A stretch of 56,825 nucleotides of DNA, filler included, from Sluysia triapertura (GCA_046118255.1; 4 parts of 4 records of this genome joined end to end with filler, not necessarily neighbours in it); one strand, 5' to 3'. Positions 13,811-27,409 are shown, counted from the first letter of the whole stretch. A program made the numbers and translations. The notes: generated by a model not told the origin, from the letters alone.

Positions 13811-15259
13811 ATGACTATATAGCACAAAGACATTCTTATGTGCGCGTTTTGGTGGTACAATACACTTATCGATTAAAAGTTGTCAAACCAATTTATGAAA
13901 GTGTATTTTTATTTTGAAAATAAATTTTTGTAAATTTTAAATTTATTGTAAATTATTTTTTGTTTTAGGTAAATTTAGGTAATTTTTTAAAAAAGGAAGG
14001 AAAAATGTTAATTATGATGTTAAGGCTTTCTTGTTACAAGTTTTAAATCCTTATTACGGTCCTTAATTATATCAACAATTGTTAATAAAATTTTTGTATA
14101 TTAAAAATTATAATAAACTTTGATTTGATTTATCTTAATTATTTTGTTTTTATCATTTAAGTAAATTTATTAAATCGATCCAGTTTAGAGTGGATCATAC
14201 GTAACTTATATATTTGTAAACTAATTACCTGTTGAATTTTAAGCCAATTTTTGCAAATCGGATTTGTAAATTATAAAATGTTTGATCCTGTTTAAATACG
14301 ATTATATGTAAAAAATTTGTTAGAATAAACTCATTACGGAATATCTAAATTAGCTATGTAATTACACAAGCCTTGAAATTTCAATTATCTAATTCCTATC
14401 GTTAATATCACCACTAGGAAAAAGATTTTCTCTTTAACCTCCATATTAAAATTTTCTAAAATCCTACGGACTAGCCGTAACACGTAAGTCTAGGGTCGTA
14501 AACTCAAAAACATTTTGTTTGCACTCAATATAAATATTATTCAATAATAATATGAATATAAACATAATGCTCATTTTAATTTCCATCATCTTAAAATTAC
14601 GCTAATAAAAATAATTTTGATTTTCATTAATAATGAATGATAATGTTTTTATAGAATAACTATTTTAAATTGAGATTACACAGAGGTAATATAAATTCAA
14701 AATTTAGTAACAAATAATAATCATTATAAATCGAATCAATTTAAATTAAGATTGTATAAAGATAACATGAAATCAAAATTTATAAACATAAACCTTACTA
14801 TTACAGTTAATTAAATAAAAATCATTTTAAATTAGGATTTGATAGAAATATGAAATTAAAATTTAAAAGTATAACATCCTATCAGAATCTTAAAAACAAG
14901 ATTCAGAATATTTTGTTAAGTAAAATAAAACCATGTTAAAGTATGATTAAATGGAGATATGTAATCGAAATTTGGGTAGAATTGGGTAAACTAAGTAGAA
15001 TAGATAGTTAAATAAACGAGAATGAATGTGGTATTTATTATTTTAAGACTATAAATTATACTATAATTTATTTGTAATTGCATTTATAGACTATTCATGT
15101 TGTAATTCGAAAATATTAATTCGTGTTAATAGCGTACTATAATTTGTAAATATTATAACATAATTTGTGAATACTATTGGATTAAAATGACGTCAGTGTG
15201 ATAAGTTTAAATATCACTGGTTATAAATACGAAATTACCGTATTATTAAACATTTAAAC

Positions 15260-15392
15260 CATGGATTCCCAAAGTGGGCGCTACCGCCTCCTGGTAGGCG
15301 CTGCAAGGATCCATAGGGCGGTGGTGAATACAAGTTCATTTAGGGGCGATAACACGATAATACTATATTAAATATTTTGTAATAAAATAAGC
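15260..15392 (+). mobile_element. hAT (Charlie-like) element end truncated by a gap
   Basis: CATGGATTCCCAAAGTGGGCGCTACCGCC, a GC-rich terminus related to the CAGTGATTCCCAAAGTGG TIRs. Confidence 0.5.
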
Positions 15393-15492
15393 NNNNNNNN
15401 NNNNNNNNNNNNNNNNNNNNNNNNNNNNNNNNNNNNTTAATTAATTAANNNNNNNNNNNNNNNNNNNNNNNNNNNNNNNNNNNNNNNNNNNN
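15393..15492. other. Artificial contig linker
   Basis: N44-TTAATTAATTAA-N44, a six-frame-stop spacer identical to the spacers at 29541 and 45049. Confidence 0.95.
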
Positions 15493-15536
15493 AAACGAGA
15501 GAAAATTATTTTATCAAACCCATTACATTTTTTAGA

Positions 15537-15990
15537 TGGTATAAACAATCAATTGATTGCTTTTACAGCATAATTCAAATGGCTGAACTCGATTTTAATA
15601 ATCCAGAGTCTATATATTCGAACTACACCAGAACGGAGCGAGAGAAGGACTACATGTATGAACGCAAAATCAACCTTCATCGTTCGTATGAAAGATTCAT
15701 TACAACATCGGATGTCTGAAAAAGAAACATTCCGAGTCAAGGAAATGAATTTAAATGTTTTTTGAAGTGCAAACCAAAAACAAAGAGGTTAACTTCTAAA
15801 TCTCTGTCCGAATTCAAGTTACGCATTACCGATTTCAAATCTAATCGCGATTCCAGCATCCCTATGAGTGTCGGACCAATGTGTTACGCTGCCGAAAAGT
15901 CAAGTGCTGAAGATAATTATGTTCGTTGAGAGCTAGGTCATAACAATGTCAAGATACACTTCACAGACTATGCCGTCTAAAAGTGTTTTT
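15537..15990 (+). pseudogene. Degenerate exon-like coding segment of unknown identity
   Basis: Follows a tttttag acceptor. About 150 codons read in one frame (YKQSIDCFYSIIQMAELDFNNPE...KIHFTDYAV) with only a few stops, and GC is higher than the flanks. Confidence 0.35.
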
Positions 15991-17970
15991 TGGCCTCGTG
16001 TATTTTATAATAACGTTTCAAAAATGATTATAGTTATAATTTGCTATTACTCTAATAAAATGTTTTCATGTTATTTTTATTTTACTAGCCCTCAGAGGCA
16101 TATGAACAATATTTTAGTGTGCCTTAAGCACCAAATTTCCAATTATGTTAAATATAAAAGTTAATAATAGTTTTAATTTTTGTAAATTTTATAAATTAAA
16201 TAAAAACTTGTTTTTAATAAACGGAAACTTTATAGTAAATCAATCAATATTTAATTCAACAATAAAGGTATAAAATTATTTATAATTTTACGAGAATTAA
16301 TACTTATTAATTCCGAAATTTTAATATTTTAAAAAAGCTGATTTTGGAGGCTTCTTTAAAATAGCACATGAAAAATGGTAATTAAGGATCTTGTCTCTGC
16401 AAACATGAATCAAATTTTTCTAATCTATATAATATCTGAGATTGAATAGTTCGAAATAAGAATCGAGTGTGGTGGCCAACCTATTATCTTAATAAAATTT
16501 ATTAAAAATTTATTTAAATATATCTTAAATATTTTATACATTCTTTTTACATAAGTCATCAATATAACATGCAACCCAAGATCAACAACTTACATTTCTA
16601 AATTCACAATTTAATTCACTATAACTAAGATCATATCCTTTTGAACACCACACAACAACTGTTAAATTCTTCACAACCATTTTTATATCTTGTTTCTTTT
16701 TATATCCAACGAAATTAACTTCTATTTTGCAAAACATTTCAAATCTACCATTTACATTCAAAAATTAACATAAAACAATATTAAACTAAATCAACACATT
16801 CTACACAAAACCATACTCTCAGACATTTTAACATTCTCAGATTTACCTCTGCATTCATCCGCTAAAGTCAATTTAAATCTACAACCTTATAACATATAAG
16901 CCACGGTGACATTCAATATCATCAAATTATATTAAAAATTCATCCAAAATATTTTATTTTTCATCTCTGAACAATTCATTCAGAGTCACATTCGAAATTA
17001 ACTAACATACATCTTCAAAGCAATCCAAACATTCTAAATTCACGATCTTTTATTATTAAATTTTAACAACCAAACATGACCTTTTTTCAAAACACCAATG
17101 CACATTCATCACTCATTTTAACATTTATACTATCCTAAATTATTTAAGTCATAACCTTCTATACTATATTAACATCTTAAAACAATTTCATTTTTAGCAT
17201 TTTTAGTAATTAAATTTAATATGTCGAGAATAAAGGGAGAAGTTAAGAAAGATCGTGTGAATTTTTAGAAATCAAGACTTTGTGTTTTTGTTATTATTAT
17301 TATCACCCTTTTTATTTTTAATTTATTGTATTTTTCATTATTTTGATCAACTGAGTAGCTGCCATAATCAGCAATGACATTTTGATTTACATTTATAATT
17401 TCATGTCACCGTTGATGATGGTTTGTCATCACTGTGTATTTTAGTCGGCTGTAATTGTTATTGTCCTTTCGTTTATTACTATTGGTCATCCAACCAGAAC
17501 TAACATGACTGTTATCATTTTAACACCTCTGGTTGGATGACCAATCAAGAATTACAAGTAGTAGCGTTGAAAATTTGTATACTCAAATTAATCAAGAATT
17601 ATTTACTACCAAAAAAAATTTTAGAAAAATTACAGAATAAAATTTTGTATAATTTGCTTAGAAATAAAACTGATACAATAAATAATCAATTATTATGGAT
17701 ATCTCTACGTCTTCATGCATTTCTGACTATGATTGTTCTGAAAATAATAAAGATTATGATTACAAAGCTGACGATTATGAAGATTATGATTACAAAGCTA
17801 ACAATTATAAAGATGATGATTGTAAAGTTAACAATAACAAAAATGAAATAACCGTTGATTGCTCTGATGAAGTAATTAAAAATGTCGAATTAGTTAAAGA
17901 AGTTAAAGTTGAAGATGTTACCCTAGAACCAGTCAATGATTTGATTATTAATGACGAAGAAACGTTTAGT

Positions 17971-18125
17971 TTAATGGAAACAGATTTACATCGTATAATA
18001 TCATTCAAACAAGAATTCTCTGATGATCAAATTCGTTATTTTATGTATCAAATATTTTGTGGCTTTAATTACATTTATCCGTCTGCAATGATACGCGAGT
18101 ACTTGAAACCTGCTAAGATTTTGGA
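17971..18125 (+). pseudogene. MAP kinase (ERK/p38-type) subdomain V-VIb fragment embedded in an element ORF
   Basis: LMETDLHRIISFKQEFSDDQIRYFMYQIFCGFNYIYPSAMIREYLKPAKIL aligns with MAPK LMETDL..II..Q.LSDDH..YF.YQILRGLKYIHSA.V.HRDLKPSNLL. The catalytic HRD is lost. Confidence 0.85.
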
Positions 18126-18192
18126 ATGTCAAGGTCTGTTGAACAAATGAATCCAATACGGGTTTTATTATATACTTCAAGATGTTCTAAAG

Positions 18193-18726
18193 ATGGTACA
18201 TGAATTCCGACAATTAAAAAGGTTATTGCGTAATAATCCTATTTATAATATTAACGTTAAAGAACATATGTTTTTAGTAACCTTGAAAGCCTTCCAAGAA
18301 ATTATTTATATGTTAATTGGCGTAATCAGAAAAAGGTACAACGTATGCAGAATCAAATTGATAAAGTCTTCCTTTTACGAACAATCAGAGAACGACGATC
18401 AGAATGGTGATGTTAGTGACAAGTTTAATCATAGTTTTGAATGTATAATGCACGAATCCCAAATGTTATTAATAACACGTTTATTTAATCTGACTCTTTA
18501 TTCATTAAATAAATTAAATTGTTATGCAACAATAAAGAGTAACACTCTGAAAAATCATACTCCATCCAATGTATACTTGTTTCATAAAGGTAATATGACT
18601 CCTAAAGGTTTTATATTATGCATCCAAAATATCAACGAATTGTTTAAATTTAAAGAAGTTGATAAAAATAATGATTACGAACTTAACGATTATAAAATTA
18701 ATGACTATGAAGCTAACTATAACTAA
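18193..18726 (+). CDS. 177-aa ORF of unknown function within family A copy 1
   Basis: Long open frame for such AT-rich DNA, in series with ORFs 17695 and 18748. Probably part of a disrupted longer ORF. Confidence 0.35.
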   Translation: MVHEFRQLKRLLRNNPIYNINVKEHMFLVTLKAFQEIIYMLIGVIRKRYNVCRIKLIKSSFYEQSENDDQNGDVSDKFNHSFECIMHESQMLLITRLFNLTLYSLNKLNCYATIKSNTLKNHTPSNVYLFHKGNMTPKGFILCIQNINELFKFKEVDKNNDYELNDYKINDYEANYN

Positions 18727-18747
18727 TGTGATGATTACGAAACTAAC

Positions 18748-19305
18748 ATGATTGCCTTTTGTCCATTCGCCACAGTTAAATATGGCATATGTGTAAAGAA
18801 TGCAAGTCATTGCTGTTACGCCCACACAGTCTGCGAATTGAGGTCCACCAAGGAAAACGATTCAAGCTACAACTATCATTCTCTTAGAATTACCAATATC
18901 TTAAGTAGCCTCAAAGTAATTATTTATTATCCTTTTTACAATAACATTAATTTTCGTGATTTTTATTTAGGTGACGAACTAGTTGGATCAAGAGTTGGCA
19001 CATTCAGGATAAAATTAATAAACTTTGAATGTAATTTTAATAAATTTTTATGTGATTATCGTTCGTTTATAAATTTTTTTCTATGTCAAAATTCTCATCA
19101 CAACAAAGAATTAAGAAATGATAATTTGATTAAGATTTCAAATTTTCTTTTTAAATTCTATTTAAAATTATTTAAGAGTTCAATTATAACTCAAAATATA
19201 ATTAATCACAATAAACCACAACATCGAGTAGAAAATATTTTGAAGAATATTAATTTTATTGTGACCTTGAATAAAGAAATTGTCGGACAGTGTGATGTTA
19301 TTTGA
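18748..19305 (+). CDS. ORF with atypical CCCH zinc finger (C-x9-C-x6-C-x3-H)
   Basis: CPFATVKYGICVKNASHCCYAHTVCELR. It is in frame with ORF 18193 across one stop. Paralogous motifs occur at 25195-25260 and 34911-34976. Confidence 0.55.
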   Translation: MIAFCPFATVKYGICVKNASHCCYAHTVCELRSTKENDSSYNYHSLRITNILSSLKVIIYYPFYNNINFRDFYLGDELVGSRVGTFRIKLINFECNFNKFLCDYRSFINFFLCQNSHHNKELRNDNLIKISNFLFKFYLKLFKSSIITQNIINHNKPQHRVENILKNINFIVTLNKEIVGQCDVI

Positions 19306-19446
19306 AAGATGATCTTTTACAGAAATTTCTCAAGTTTTCTGTGTGTGATTATGCATTTTATTATTTATCTATGCATTCGATAGTTTTGTATGTTTATGAA
19401 TTATTAAATACTACTTTAAATGCAGTTACTAAGGGATTTCAAACTA

Positions 19447-19946
19447 TTGGGTTGGTGCATAAATTCGTACGGTTTTACTAGTTGCAAAGAAAACACAACA
19501 ACTTCTTGTTTCAACTGATTTGATTTATATTCATTCAGCTGAATTATCTATTTAAATCATTTTAGACTAACTTTCAATTTAATTACCCTCATTAAAATGG
19601 AATGTCATGTAGATAAAAATTAGCATTCCGGCATCTACTTCTTTTATATTTCCGTTCAATGTCGAACCATCTTTCTGGTCTCACATTTGAAAACGAAGAA
19701 GCAATAACATAAATTGAAGAATTTTTCGACCAAAAATGACCAACTTCTTCAAAAGTGGGATTGACAAACTGCCTGAACATGGAAGGAAGTGATCGATTGT
19801 GGCGAATAATATCTCACCGATTGAGACAGATATTTGTTTTTGCTAATGATTTAATAAATTCATTTTGTTATCTGGAATTTTTTGCATTGTTTTTATTCTT
19901 GATCAGTATGCATTTTTCATATTTGTAAAAAACCGCACCAACTTAA
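19447..19946 (+). mobile_element. Internally deleted mariner element
   Basis: TA|TTGGGTTGGTGC...GCACCAACTTAA|TA. The transposase start (MECHVDKN..RHLLLLYF) is fused directly to the C-terminus (RSMSNHLSGLTFENEE...FFKSGIDKLPE.WKEVID). Confidence 0.85.
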
Positions 19947-20894
19947 TATTTTTGAGATTCAAGGATTCCACAAACTTGAGGACATTCAATTAACAAATTA
20001 GAACAAATTTTTGAAGAAGTATTACAATAAAATATTATATCATTTCAGATAAAACTTAACTATGTCTAACCAAGAAGCACGGTCATGATTATATTTTATT
20101 ATTATTACTATTATTATAATAATTAATATTATTATTATCTCTTTGGCTTATTACATACACTTTGTGCATTTGCTAGATATTTTATTACTCTTATCTGCAC
20201 AATGAATGTGTTCGCCTATAGAATTAGCACACGGTTTGTACCTGTGTGATTTCTGAAGTATATTAGTATTGTCTGTGTGTCTATCTTATTCTTTAGTGAT
20301 TACTGTTATAAAATCTTATTAATCTTTATATTACTCAAATAGTTCGTGTCTAATAATCATTTTGGATTCTTAAATTATTTATGAAAGAACAAACACAAAG
20401 ACTCTTTGAAATTTATTACTCAAATGTAAAGATATTAAAATATACAAAATCAGATTCGAATAAAAATATCGAAATAAAATAAGAATGTTAAACCCAGATT
20501 TAAGGTATGTACAAAAGTGATATATTTTACCTCTATTTTAAGACAAATAAATCTTATTGTTTAAAAATGCGATGAAATCGGATAAGTTCCACAATAGTTT
20601 TCCTTTTAATCCACTTGATGATTAATTTGCCAAAAAAATTAATCACGTCGATCGTATTATATAACTTGAGAATTAATAAATAAATCGATTTCGACATCCT
20701 TTTATAATTTTAGTGAGCAGAAGCACTTCGTATAAATATTGATATTATTTAATTAAATAAATCACTTAATTTCAATTTTTAAAATAAACGTTTAAATAAA
20801 GTAATTAATTTAATAAAATAAACATACATTTGATTTTTTCATTTCCGCTATTACAAATATGTTTTGATTAATCAGTAAAATATTTTATATAATG

Positions 20895-21316
20895 TGTTAG
20901 TTTACCTACGATCCTAGATTTACGACTAGTCCGTAGGATTTGAATGTAAAGCAAAAATTTGCATGAGGTTATCTGTACTTATCTCGGTAATAGTTTTAAA
21001 CTTATTTATAAACTATACAGTATTTATAATTTTATAATTTTCTTTTATTCAGAATAGGATTAAAATGCAATAATTAATTCACAAATTAATTTTCCACTAT
21101 TAAAGTGAGGTAAGTCAAGTCGTTTATTTAAACAGAATTTTACTGAGATTCCTTATCCATGGAGCCTTTTATAATTTTGATTATAGTGGTAGATTTAGCA
21201 TAAGTAAAAATATATAATTTTATAACGTAATTAAATACTTAAAGTTTTCAATTAAGTTGCGAGGTTTTTATCCTCGAAATGCAAAATGATAATTCTGGAG
21301 AAGAGTTCACCTAACA
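20895..21316 (-). mobile_element. Family B solo-LTR-like copy
   Basis: On the minus strand it starts TGTTAGGTGAAC and ends with the CCTACG..CGTAGG hairpin followed by TAAACTAACA. Confidence 0.55.
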
Positions 21317-22689
21317 GAGACGTCTTTTATCTGGTCTATTAGGATTTTAAAATTTAGTCACGTAGTACTTAAAAGTGAACTATGATCACTCACGTAATCC
21401 CCAATTTAGGTTGGAATAAAAATCAAATTTAGATATTTTATAATATTTTGAGTTAGCCTTTTTACGGTATAACTTAGAATTTCGGATTTTAAATTAGCCT
21501 TTACGGTCTAATTATATCTTTTGATATTTTAAGATTTTTAGCTAGCCTTATTGCGGTCTAGCGTGGAAAATAATAATTTTATTTATTCACAAGAATAAAA
21601 TGATTCAACCTCAAAGTATATTACTAAACAATTATACAAAGAGTTATAAAAAGAAAAATTTATAATATAAATAAACAATTTACCAACTTAAATCAATATG
21701 ATTTAGTGGATTAAATTTTAAATGTATTTTAACTTAGCCTGTTACGGTTTAAGTAAAAGATTATCTAGTTTAAGTTAATTTTATATTCTCCCGGTTACTG
21801 TGAGAATAATAAAACCTATACAAAATATCTTACTTTCATGGGCATTGAAGAATTGTCGACGATTATATGGTTTCTAAAAATCTCACTAAAATTCAACACT
21901 TATATAGTGAATTTTTAGTCACCATATTTATTTTTCTTTTTTCTTTTTTAATCTAATGAAACAAATATATTTATTAATATTTTATAATTTAATTTATTTG
22001 AAACATTTATAATTAAAATAACATTATTATTGATTATTTATTTTTATTTAATTTATTTTATAATTTAGTTTTTTACTTAATTTAATTTTATAATTTATTT
22101 ATCAATTTGCTGTGGTTTTTACTGATGCCTAAATCTAAACCTTCGACAAAATGGAAAATTGAGCAGAGTCCGGTTACAGTAATCGTCATGTCTTAAAGAG
22201 GGCACTTTTGTAACAATATAAGTTAAGTAGAACGTATTAACCTAAACTGATAATTTAAATATGACAGGGTCCAAATTATAATGATTTAAGGTTCAATTAT
22301 TATGTATCAAATAAAATCACAAACGTCTAATAAAATTTTATTTCAAAATTACAAAAATTAAGTAACTAAAGTTGTTTATAAAATAAAAGATACAAAAAAA
22401 CAGAAGGATCAAAAATTACAATAGTTTAATATATCGTTAAAATTGACTAAATGTAATATTAATTTAAGTAGATTTTAGGATATTAACTTCCTTAAATAAA
22501 GTTAATATCAATATTAAAACAAACAAATTACTTTATTTATGGACATAAAATTGAATCTTGATCGTTGTCTCCAAATTCTAAAAAATTCCAAGATGCTCCT
22601 GTCGAATAGGTTTCCAAAATTGAATTATGGTGACGATTGATAGATTAAAAATGATGTTCCAAAAACTGCTGCACAATGATTTTAAAAAT

Positions 22690-23002
22690 TAGGATAATTT
22701 CAAAATGGCGATTTTCATTGTATTGATGCTAGTTTATATACTAGTCATCATCCAATGAAAATCGATGGAATGTTCTAGAATCTTCTATACTATTTTTAGA
22801 AGCTAATTTTATTTTTTAGAAATTTTATTTTCTTTTTTGGAAAATAATTGTTTTTAATGTAATTTTAAAGATTAACAAATGATTTTAAAACATTTTCCAT
22901 GATTTTATTTAATTTTCTGATAATTTTATATAGTTTTAAATAATTTTAAGGTGTCATTATGACATCTTAAAATTATTTTGTAGGGTTGTGATGACAACCT
23001 AA
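22690..23002 (-). mobile_element. Family C repeat copy
   Basis: Reverse-complement homolog of 6387-6700, ending TAGGGTTGTGATGACAACCTAA. Confidence 0.65.
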
Positions 23003-23865
23003 CTAATTAAAGATATTAATATAATATAATATAATAATTTAAAATAAAATCAAAAATAAAATTTTAACATCAAAAAGTTAGAATCCAATTCTCACAAAAT
23101 AATGGATTTATTGTCCGTTATCAGATCAAGATTATGAATTGTTTATCATGGATCATTTTACAATTTAATTAGTACACTGAATTTTAATGAAATTGAAACT
23201 ATACATGTTTTACGTTAGATCTATATTATAAAGCTCGATAAAAAGCAGTTCTAAAAATTATAACATATCAAACTAATTAATTCTATAAAAATCTGTTATG
23301 ACCTTTTTTTAAAAATATTTTTCAACAAAATATATAATAATGACTATTATAACGAATTTTACTAACGATCTTTTCTTGTATGATTTGTTTAAAGATTTTA
23401 CTATGATTGCATTTACTATTATAAATATGTAGAACTAATTCGAACTAATTTGAATTTGTGAATAAATCTTAAAATTCGATTAAACTAAAGATAATTGTAA
23501 GAATGAGTTTAATGCAGTAGCAATAGAATTCGAAAATTATTTTTCCCAAAAATCAATATCGATAAATTAATAATTCGAAGTTAAAACGATATTAGATTTA
23601 AAGGTTAATAAACTGAATAACCAAAATTATATTCAAAAATCGTATATTTATTTCTTAGTTTGTGTGATCTATTTATATAATTTATTGGGTTGACCTTGTA
23701 AAGGTCTTAATTAAATAAATTATATAAAACATAACTATTTGTTTTACGTTTATTTTATAAATCTTTAAATTATAAATTTTACATAAATCTTATTTGGCAA
23801 AAATGTTTTAAATTATAAATATAATCTTTAATTTTTATGAACATTACATATTTTACACATTTTAC

Positions 23866-23867
<2 letters not shown>

Positions 23868-23913
<46 letters not shown>

Positions 23914-23984
23914 TTTATTTTTATTATTAATTTTGAACTCTGAGAAATAATAATTATTATTTAAACGTTGAAATTTTATTTTGA

Positions 23985-24036
<52 letters not shown>

Positions 24037-24129
24037 ATTATTATTTGTTTAGACTTTGAACTCTGACAAAATTATTTTTTAGACTGAACTCTGACACATT
24101 GGACACATCTTGACTACTACTACTACTAC

Positions 24130-24185
<56 letters not shown>

Positions 24186-24190
24186 TTTTC
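23868..24190. repeat. Compound (ATT)n/(ACT)n microsatellites interleaved with GAACTCTGA units
   Basis: Three long ATT runs and three gaactctga copies are visible. Confidence 0.9.
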
Positions 24191-24229
24191 ATTATGTAAA
24201 AATTAAAATTAAAAGTAGTTTTTTATAAA

Positions 24230-24540
24230 AGAATTGAATTACTTTGTATGCATTCTATATTTTATGCACTTCGTATTAGATTTAACTGAAGGTATAATCT
24301 TTCGTCAATATAAATCTTTTCTATTGACTTATTCTGTAAATATTATTTGTACTTTATCTATTACGTTTGTGTTATCTGGAAGTGTGAACTCGAATACTCG
24401 TCTCCGTTATTCGAGATAGAAGTGCTTAACGAGAATCATAATTCTTCAGAGTTTATTTATCTGAATTCTTGTATGTTTTTCCATACCATTGAAGAGATTT
24501 TATTTTGATTTATTAAACTTATTTAATTCGCTTTGTAAAA
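24230..24540. repeat. Interspersed repeat homologous to 39440-39720
   Basis: Shared block attacgttt..ttatctg.aagtgtgaa.tcgaatactcgtc.c.gttattcgagata. Confidence 0.7.
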
Positions 24541-24599
24541 TTTTAATTATAATTAAACATATTGTACTCGCAAAACAATGATTGTGACTTTATTTTAGG

Positions 24600-27101
24600 G
24601 GTAGCAGAAGCACAACTGAGAAATTTGATTAGTTTATTGTAGGGAGAAATGTGCGAAATATCGACCTAATTGTGGTGATAGTGTTATGTTTTTATAAATT
24701 GTATTGAAATTTAGCACGAAATTGTTATATTTAGATGAATTTATTAAAAGACTTAATTTATTAAAGTTTGATATCATTAGGAAGTTTTGGACTATAAAAA
24801 TGTAATCATATTTAATTAAATTACTTTCAACTTTATTAATTATCAAATAATTACAAAAATAAACACTTAATTGAACTTTATTGTTTACTAAAGAAATACA
24901 AAAATTTACAAGATTTACATTTAAATTTTGCCGAGGTTTAATCGTCTTCTGAGTATGCTTCACTATATCGAAAATTGATGTTTTTAAAGTCCTAAAAAGA
25001 TATAAGTAGTATAAATATAAGATTCGATTTATATAAGGACAAATTACATTAAAATCTAATATTACTTTAAAGTTCTGTTTGTTGCTCCAGTCCTATGGCG
25101 ATGATGTAATACTTAATAATAAGTTACTGATCCTTCGATGATGATCATTGAGATACGAAGTTAAACTAAACAGGTGTCTAATTTCGAAAGCTTCGTGACC
25201 ATAGATATAGTTTCTGCCATATCGGGAACACTCACCATTCTGCATTCTTCCGTATAAACATAAACCACTTTTATAATATTTGCATTCATGAGCATAAGTT
25301 TGTAAATATTTACACGAAGATATGTTGTTACTATAATAATGTTCTAAATTGTCAGTCTTTGTTTTTACTTTCGTCATGTCTTTTACTAATGGCATAATTT
25401 TGTTTGTAATGACATACTAGTCAACATCAATGGGTACATGTATACTTTCATCTATTTTAATCACTATATAACTTGGAGCATTAAGATGATTGGTATCTAA
25501 TCTTTTTATTTGAAAGTTATGAGATATCTCAATGAATTTTCTTGTATCATCTTGTTTTGCATTTTGTTTGCCTATTAATTTTAACATACAATTTGAAGGC
25601 AAAGGGCGAATTTCGATTCTATGATTGGTTCATTAATGAATTCTAATATTTTTAATACTAATTCATCATATTGTTCGATCAACACAAATTTTAACGAAAT
25701 ATTATCCAAAAGTTCATATTTAGATACCATAGTTTGCATAAATAATTACTTTATACTAAAATAAATTTAAAATTGATATAAGTTCTTAAAACTTTAATTC
25801 GGATTTGATAAAATAAAATATAACCTGAATTGTTTTTTTATTTTCACCATAAAACTTCTAATATTTTACCACAGAGTTAAATATTATAGTCTAAATATTC
25901 GCAAACAAAATTACAATTTTGTTTTTACCTAATGATAAGCATGACACTCGTTTAATAAAATTTTCTAATAAACATCAACTGAAATTGGTAAAATTAATTT
26001 GTTCAAGTAATGACTGTTAACAAATTATGAAAACGAGTTTTTCCATGATTGGGCGTCCAATTAGATGAGGCAAAAATATAAAGTAGAAAGGCAATTAATT
26101 GGACGTCCAATCAATTAAAGTAATCTACACATGGTAACTGTCACCAGTTGACAGTTTAATACAATATAATGATTTAGTTTAATACATCTGTCAACTGGTG
26201 AAGACAAGATTAGATAACTAATCACGAAAAAGATAATAGTACATAATAATGAATAAAATAAAATAACAATAATAATAATAATGATAAATTAAATAAAAAC
26301 ATAAATTTCTTTCTTTGATTATTAAACGAGCTTTCTATTTATATGTACTTTTATTTAATTATCATTCTTAATATAATATTAACTTAATAAAAATTTCTGT
26401 TTTTAGAAGTCATAGAAACTAAATGTTAAAGGATTGTAAACTTCAAATGCTCTGGATTAATCTTTCACGTTTTCTATAATACTTTAAGATATCATTGTGA
26501 TTCTAATGTTGTAAGGTAATGTTTAAAATGTTTTAGCTGAGTTTTAAAATGTAGATTGATAGTTTTGACTGAAGGCAAAATTTGGACGTTGAAAACTTGT
26601 GAATTGAGATGTTTCTAATAAGATTGTGGTTAGGATGTTAATAGATTGTGGATTTAAAATGTTTAAGATATTAAAAATGATTTCAGTAAATCTGAAAGAA
26701 ATGAAATATAGCAACGGTTTTGATACATTCTAAAAGGTAATTATACAATGTTAAAAATGTCCTTATGATTGTACTGTTATGGAACTATGAATAAAATGTT
26801 TTTCATGAATTTTTTAAATGTATGTTATTAATTCTGAAAGTGAATGTGATTTTAATATTATTATGTTATAAAATAGGAATGTTTTGAAAAGGTTAGAATA
26901 AGATTTTAGTGAATGTAAAGGAAATAAAACATGAAAACGGTTTTGATGAAAAAATTGGTTAAATGTTATAAAATATGATTTTATGTGCAAAATGTTGAAT
27001 TAAATTAACGATGTTTTGAGTTAATTTTTTAAATATATATTTGATGACTTGTGATGTTGATTATAATTTAATAAAATTTGTTAAATAGGTTGGCCACCAC
27101 A
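24600..27101 (-). mobile_element. Family A element copy 2
   Basis: Terminus at 27101, tract 26340-27080, hairpins at 26141-26201 and 26047-26112, then a disrupted ORF from the ATG at 25739. Confidence 0.55.
25093..25739 (-). pseudogene. Disrupted family A ORF (about 210 aa) with CCCH-like finger
   Basis: MQTMVSKYELLD... / ...YYKSGLCLYGRMQNGECSRYGRNYIYGHEAFEIRHLFSLTSYLNDHHRRISNLLLSIT, with one frameshift and one stop. Colinear with 34620-35070. Confidence 0.65.
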
Positions 27102-27409
27102 CTAATTAATCTGCTTAGTAATACGTATCAAGTTAAATTTACTGTCAAGTTCATTCTAACGGTTCTTAGTGTGTCGCGGTTTATTATAGAAGGTTTTAAT
27201 TACACTGCTATCGTTGACAAGCGATGTGCACTGGGCCATTCATCTCGCATTTTGTCTTGTCCAATTCAGAAGATTCAGAAATATTCATATTCTTATTTCA
27301 CAATTTAGTCATAATCATTAGGATTGTACTTACTAATCAATCCATATTGATTTTTATTACAATCAATGAATGAAATTTACCACTTTTACCACTAATTCAT
27401 TTATTTTAG

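Larger units (their letters stand above)
16468..20120 (+). mobile_element. Family A element copy 1: terminus, CA-rich tract, hairpin module, mosaic ORFs (MAPK fragment, CCCH finger)
   Basis: Architecture shared with copies starting at 27101 (-) and 38632 (-) and a partial copy at about 33410 (+). The right boundary is approximate. Confidence 0.55.

Noticed and set aside
15393-15492. TTAATTAATTAA palindrome inside N runs (also at 29541 and 45049)
   Set aside because: Identical 100-bp six-frame-stop linker added during assembly, so not biological.
17537-17851. 104-aa ORF starting within the hairpin
   Set aside because: It starts inside the inverted repeat, is K/I/L-biased and is an alternate frame of the 30-bp repeat. 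It is not evidently conserved in the other copies.
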